Shown here piece by piece: positions 57,952 to 64,000 of a stretch of 64,000 nucleotides of DNA (the stretch's first letter is position 1; every line of letters starts with the position of its first letter). The translations under genes and the position numbers were made by a program. The stretch lies in NCBI RefSeq assembly GCF_009914755.1, contig NC_060927.1; one strand, 5' to 3'. The stretch is from the human T2T-CHM13v2.0 reference genome, Homo sapiens. The notes under the pieces were generated by a model. It did no database searches, was not told the origin of the DNA, and saw nothing but the letters and a program-made list of their open reading frames with translations.

Positions 57952-60485
57952 TTCTAAGCCAAGGGCCCATCAACTCCAAATTGGTAAGAGGCCAGAGCCA
58001 GCCTCTAATCCCAGCTCAGTCACTGAGTAGGCTTTGTGCACTCAGGGGTGTCCCTGAACAGGGGTCCATTTTTTCTGGCTGTAAAACAGGAACATCACCA
58101 CCTGTCCTGACCTGCTCAGATTAATGGAGTAAGGAAATGGATTTGTAAGAAGCCTGTTAAAGAGTCTAAAGCACCACACAAATTCAGGTACTGCTAAACA
58201 GGAGAAAGGCGTCACTCGCTCGGCAAACATTTCTTGGGCCCCTATCGTGTTCCGGCACTGTGCTAGGAACTGGAGGTCAAGATCAATCATTCAGCCCCTG
58301 TTCCCAGAGTCGTGTTCTAGGGAAGGAGACAGGTGAGCACGTAAGCGACACAGTGACTGTGTGCTGTATGGAACCTGGCGGGAGGTGGGAGGGGCACAGG
58401 AGGGACGGGCAGGGGAGACCTTCCAAAGGCAGTGACAGCTGAGGACATTCACAAGAGGGGGCCGATGGGGACGGGGCACTGTGGGAAGAGATAAGAGGAC
58501 GCCACCAGAAGCCATTGGTTGCAGGCAGTGCAGACGCATAAGGAGGTGGTGGATGCAGGGCTGGAGAGGAGGGCAGGGGTCTGCTTGTGGGCACTGCCGA
58601 GCTGCTGGGGGGCTTTCCTCTAAGTAGACAGCATTTCCCGAGTGTCCACTGTCCTGAGCACTGTGCTAAGTGCTGATGTGCTTTGTCACGTGCACCCTCG
58701 TGTCACCAGGCAGGCTGCATTGTCACATTTCATCCTATTCTATGAAACATGGTTTCTTTCACAATAGGGATGAGCTACACTCGATGTGAAAATTAAACAT
58801 AGTTGGTCATAAATGACTTAATTGGCAGCAATTTTCCTGAATGGTGCATGGCATAGTGACACCTCTTGTAAGAGGACAGGACTAGCAGCCAAGAGTAAAG
58901 GGGTAGAGAAATGCCCACTCGCCAGCCAAGGGCTTGCCCATGGCACACACAGCTGCTACTGAAGCAAACATCCCAGGCGCGGGCAAGGGTGGAAAGCCCA
59001 GGACGGTCAGCACTTGTCAGGGGTGGAAAGTCCTCCGCTGGTTAGGCTGAGCCTTCTGAATGCTTTCAACCAGAAGAACCCCAACCCCGGGAATGGAGAA
59101 ATCACATCATGCAATTTCAGAGGGCACAGGAGGAAATGGTGAAGGGACTGCCCAATGGGGCCGGAGGTGCTGGACGTAGTCACCCCGGAGAGAAGACTTG
59201 AGTGGAACATGACTGAGGGAGCCAGCTTGTTCCATGCAGCCACAGAGAACAGAGCCAGGACCAAGAAGTCCAGCTCAGCTCAAAATGAGGCGTGATCTTC
59301 ACAGTCTGGAGATGGCATGAGCTGCCTGGAGGTGTTGAGGCAATGAGTTGGGGTGGGGGGTTGTTTGGAGGTAGGAGGGATGTTTGGGGGTTGGGGGGAT
59401 GCTTGAGGATGGGGTGTGGGAAAGGTGGTACAGAGACAATCCCGGCATTGGACAGGAGGTCGGGCTGATCTCCCCTACCTAACACCGCTTCCGTTCCTGG
59501 ACTGTCGTCTTCACCGCCTGGTTTTCCATGGAAAGGAAGCCTCCCCAGTGGCCCTTTGAAAAGGCACTGTGGCGTGGCCCGCTAAGTCTCTGCAGAGGCA
59601 CCAGGGATGCCTTCGGACACAGCAGCCAGGCCGGAGGCTCGATGGTCTAAAGTTTGGCTCTGAAATCCCCTAGGTGCGCCGACCTTCCCAAACAAGACGC
59701 AGGCATGAGATGCACGGGACAGATGGGCCTGGAGCTCAGGCTGTCATTCCCACAGAGGACTCCACCAAGAAAGAACTAATGCATCTTCAGGTCTAGGGTG
59801 TGATGACGTGGTGCCTGCAGACCCCTCTCTTCCACAGGCGGCACACAGGTACCAGGAAAACACGTGTCTTGCTTTAATGCAGTCTTCCACCTGGTGGCCC
59901 TTCAAATGCCCCTTGGCGTGGAGCTCACATGATCTGAACCTCAGAAAGGTGGATTCTAGCTGACATGCACAAGAGGTATCTAAATGTCCTTCCTCTTGGG
60001 ACTTGGTTAACCCTGTTGCTATCATTCAGCTCTTCTCAGACCCCTATACAAGACCTCTCTGGTGCCCCTACACAGCATCACGACAAGGTCCCTGCAGTCC
60101 TCAGGGGAAACCCCCGACTCCAAGTCAGTAAACTCTTAATTTGGCAGTTTGACAGTGAAGAGTCTTCTTTCAGAGGAAACTAGGGGATTAATCTCACTGC
60201 CCACGGCTTCAGGCTCCCGAGGAGAGCAACGCTACCCTCCTATCTTCACTGACAGACCCACCCCAGGAACCCTCACCTGCCTTTGGGCAGCCTCCACACC
60301 CTGCTCCTGACAACCACGCCAATAGGGACAGAAACTACCAATTTGCCCCCAGTTATTCAGAGAAATCTTTCCAACCACCCTCAGCCTGCTGGCTGCAGAC
60401 TCTGGTGGCCTGTCCCCCTCAGGGTCTACCTGTCCTCAGGCCAAGACTGCCCCGCAGGCCACACCACCTCCCTGGACCCAGGGTT

Positions 60486-60571
60486 TCTGTGCTCCCTCTG
60501 CAGGTCTCCGTGCTCCCTCTGCAGGTCTGTGTGCTCCCTCTGCTGGTCTCCGTGCTCCCTCTGCAGGTCTC
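60486..60571. repeat. Tandem repeat, 21-bp unit x4
   Basis: GTGCTCCCTCTGCWGGTCTCC-type unit repeated. Confidence 0.85.
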
Positions 60572-62381
60572 TGGAGTCTCTGTCCACCTCTGTCTGGCTG
60601 CTCAGGGACAAGCTTTTAGTTCCGCTGTGTTGGTGCGTGTGCAACTGGCTTATTGATAAACCCACTTCTTTATCTTACTGTCCCTTTCAACCTCACCTGT
60701 AAGCTATTTTTTCCAGCCCTGGATGAAACTTCAGGCAAGTTGTATAGCTTTTCCACTCATTCTCAGACAGTGGACAGAGAGCCTCTTTGTTTTGGCATGA
60801 AGAGTCCTGTTCAGTCTCTTAAGCAAATAATTCCAGCCCAGCCTGGTTTGAGAACCCAAACTCCCAAACTTGTATGCGAGGTAAAGCTTTCCCCTGCCCA
60901 GCCCTGAGGGCTGTGGGAAGTAGGTGCTGGTGGAGGTTGTCTTTCTCACTGTTTTCTAGCTCCTCTCCCCTCCTATTCTTAACTTCTGACCCTTCCAAGG
61001 TTGGATCCGGGGCAGCAAATTAGGGGCAAGACTGTAGTCGTCTGAGGCTGGCTAATGTCTGCTGTTGCTGCCCCTGAGAGAGCAGGTGCACAAAAGCCAG
61101 CTCTTCCTTCTTGGGGTGCTTCTGTGGAGTCTACAAAGATTCTGCCACGGAGACCTCCGACTGCCACTCCAGACGCAGGGCAGCGTGCCTCCCCCAGCCG
61201 GGCATCTGCTCCCTCAGCCCCTGGCCTCAGTGATGTACCCGCTTCTGGCTGGGGCCACATGGATCCTCCCAGCCAGCTCACTGGATGGTTACCCTTAAGG
61301 TGACTCCAAGCAGCTCTCTCCACTGTCCACACAGGGCCAGGCAACTGTTTCCTGCCCAGGTAGAAGGATAGCCCTCTCCCGACCAGCTCTCCGTGCTCCG
61401 CTCCCAGACGAGCCACTCCTGTCTCAATCTCGGGCCTTTAGACTTCTTCTGGTGGACATTAGCATCACACTCTGTGGCCTCCAGACTCCAGGGCACACAT
61501 GGTAAGCCAAGAAGCTCTCCGGGGAGTTCAAGAACTTGGAGAAGTCCAGAAGCTCTCCAAGGCATTCATATGAAGCCCACCTCATTTTACTTGCCATCAG
61601 AGGGAAAATATCAGCACACTAACAACTCTTTCCAGTCGCTCAACCTCTTCTATTTCCATTTCTTATAATACTGAGGCAGCCAATGAGCTGATTCTGGCAG
61701 AAAGGTTTTTGTCTCTAGCATATATGTTCAGGTGGTTTAGCACCTCAGGGAAGAACATGAGGACACTCGACACATGTTATACGTCAGCATCTTATCACAT
61801 GTGTTAGAAACACTTCAGAGAGGAGCGAGCCTGGGCACTGTGATGTTCACAGGATGGGCAGGAGGAGGAGCTAGCAAGCAAGATGGGGAAGAACCCTGAG
61901 AGCATAGAGTCAAGAAACGAAGTGTTACGAGCAAGGGTGGTTTATTTGGTCAAAAGCTGCTGCTGGGTTGAGCATGATGTGGTCTGAGAAGTGGCCAATG
62001 GATTTGGGAAAATGGGGGCTGTTGATATCCTTGATAAAAGCTGGGTCAGAGGCACTCATGGACCTTCCTGGTCTGGTCCTGCCTTCTTTTCCCAGCCCAC
62101 CAGGGCACTGGGCTTTGGCGACCTCAAACTACTGGCAGTGCCTCATATGCCACCTGCCCCCATTTCGCAGGGAGCCCCCGTTCATCTTTCCAGATGGTGG
62201 TGAGACGCCACCTCTCATTAAGCCTTCCCTATGCTGATACAAGATCTGCTCCCGTGCCCCTCACTTCACTCTACTCCCCCCTCATTCTGCTTCAGCCACA
62301 GAGGCTTCATGCTGTTTCTCAGATGCACCCTGCACACTCCCTCCTGGAGCTCTGTACTGCACTGTCCCCTCTTCCCCTGGA

Positions 62382-62509
62382 TTTCTGTGACACTCCCTCC
62401 CGCACCTCCTTGGTTTCTGTGACACTCCCTCCTGCACCTCCTTAGTTTCTGTGACACTCCCTCCCGCACCTCCTTGGTTTCTGTGACACTCCCTCCCGCA
62501 CCTCCTTTG
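62382..62509. repeat. Tandem repeat, 32-bp unit x4, within an L2 fragment
   Basis: TTTCTGTGACACTCCCTCCYGCACCTCCTTRG at 62382, 62414, 62446, 62478. Confidence 0.92.
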
Positions 62510-62933
62510 GATGAGGGAGCTCCAATTTACCTTCTTGGTGTGATCTTTCCTCCCTCTTGAAAATCTGACACCCCGTCCACCATGCTTTATCTTCTTTTCC
62601 TGTTTTATTTTTCTCTACTGCTTTTACCACCCTGCAGAGAAGCAATTTACTTATCTTATTCCTTGCCTATCATCCCCCCTTGGAATATAAGCTCCGCAAG
62701 GGCAAGAACTTCTCACTGAGGTGTTATATGCTGTATCTCCAACAGGGAACACTGTCAGCTTATCTTAGGTGCTCAGTAAATATCTGCTGAATAAATAAAC
62801 AAGTAAATAAACATCGTGATGGGGCAAAGCCTGATCCAGGTGGGTTGCACCCCCTCTGGGGGTGCTTTTCTGCAACAAGGAGCAGAGCCGTGGGGAGGTA
62901 ATGTACACAGGGTGTGGTGGTGTAGGTCTGTAT

Positions 62934-62943
62934 GAGTGAGTGA

Positions 62944-62976
<33 letters not shown>
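62934..62976. repeat. (GAGT)n(GT)n microsatellite
   Basis: Direct reading. Confidence 0.9.
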
Positions 62977-63942
62977 CATGTGCTGAAATGACCCAGGAGA
63001 GAGCGTGGAGCCAGTGACGTAGGAGGTGGCAGACATCTGCTGGAGCTAAGTCCCTGAGTTGGCCAAAGGCAATGAGATATGAGAGATAAGAGGAACACTA
63101 ATTCTGAACAAGAGCAGAGAGAGTGTTTAGGTACAGATGTAGCCGGAATCCATCATGGGGCTAACACTACAGAATCGGGCTAGAAGCAAATTCCCCCTTT
63201 CAACCCCCACGGTGCCTTATCCAAAGCCTCTGGTGGTGCTAACTGCTTTCTGACTTGCCTGACTGATCTCAGATAGCAGATGGAATGGGTCAAGAGGTAG
63301 ATACCAACAGATATAACCTGCCAATGAGCTTGTCTGGTACTTTCTTCAAAATACCAGTCAACCAATTCTAGAATCACTGTTGCAGGAGTGGAAGGATCTA
63401 AGATCACCAGTCCAATCCTATTAGGGTAAGTAAGAGGAAACTGAGGCCCAGGGAGGGGACATGTTTGTCCCCTTCCGGGGTTAGTGGTCAGTCTAGGACT
63501 AGAACCGAAGGCCCTTTTGAAGAGTCTTCTGCAGCATCGAGCAGCCTCTGCCCTGTGCTGTGGAATCTGACTGTGGCTCCCTGTGTCACTGGATAAGCCA
63601 GCACAATGGCACAGAAGCCTAACATAGGACAAGGGACTTTACAACATTTTTATGGCATCATGGTTCTTGCTGGGACCCGCTGAGGTAGGTCCACATTCTG
63701 CAGAAGAATCCAGCACCAGGGATGCCACACCCATTCCCCAGAACCCTCCCCAGACGGGTTCTCTTGAGCACTGTCAGGAGAGCGACAGCCTTTCAGGAAA
63801 GCAGTTTGGGGATTTGAACAAAACCTAAAACCTGCACACCTTTGCAACTTGCACTTTCACATCTACGAAATGTTCCTAAGAATCGCCAGTGGAAGGAGGC
63901 AAAGATATATGTGCAAGATGGCTCACCCAGGCTTTGTTAATA

Positions 63943-64000
63943 CCGGTTGAGCATCCCTAATCCAATAATCCCAAATCTGAAATGTTCCAAAATCTGAATT
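63943..64000. mobile_element. Tigger4/Zombi-like TcMar transposon end (runs off the window)
   Basis: TA followed by ccggttgagcatccctaatcc...aaatctgaaatgttccaaaatctgaa. Confidence 0.75.

Noticed and set aside
59884-59900. Second CTCF-like motif (GGCCACCAGGTGGAAG, minus strand)
   Set aside because: Lacks the conserved C after GG; too weak to call without data.

Overview
Primate genomic DNA, almost certainly human 3q29. The right third holds the last three coding exons of BDH1 (mitochondrial D-beta-hydroxybutyrate dehydrogenase, SDR family) on the minus strand. The exons join in frame with canonical GT-AG boundaries, and a 3' UTR of up to ~2.1 kb contains an Alu, a long (CA)n tract and a CpG island with a strong CTCF-like motif. 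The left ~44 kb has no supportable protein-coding gene. It consists of about 25 Alus, MIR/L2/L1 fragments, MaLR LTRs, hAT MITEs and an orphan CpG island at ~33.4-34.0 kb. The BDH1 introns carry several minisatellites, including a ~2 kb array of ~53-bp units, each with an ETS core and G-runs. There is no prokaryotic-type system here (no CRISPR, operon or rRNA/tRNA), and nearly all ORF-track entries are spurious. I did not find a convincing new biological system. The best leads are an old, locally duplicated ~150-bp element (33.4 kb vs 39.2 kb), the ETS/G-rich VNTR, the CpG island/CTCF site in the 3' UTR, and several local templated-duplication scars. Repeat family names and boundaries are by-eye estimates.
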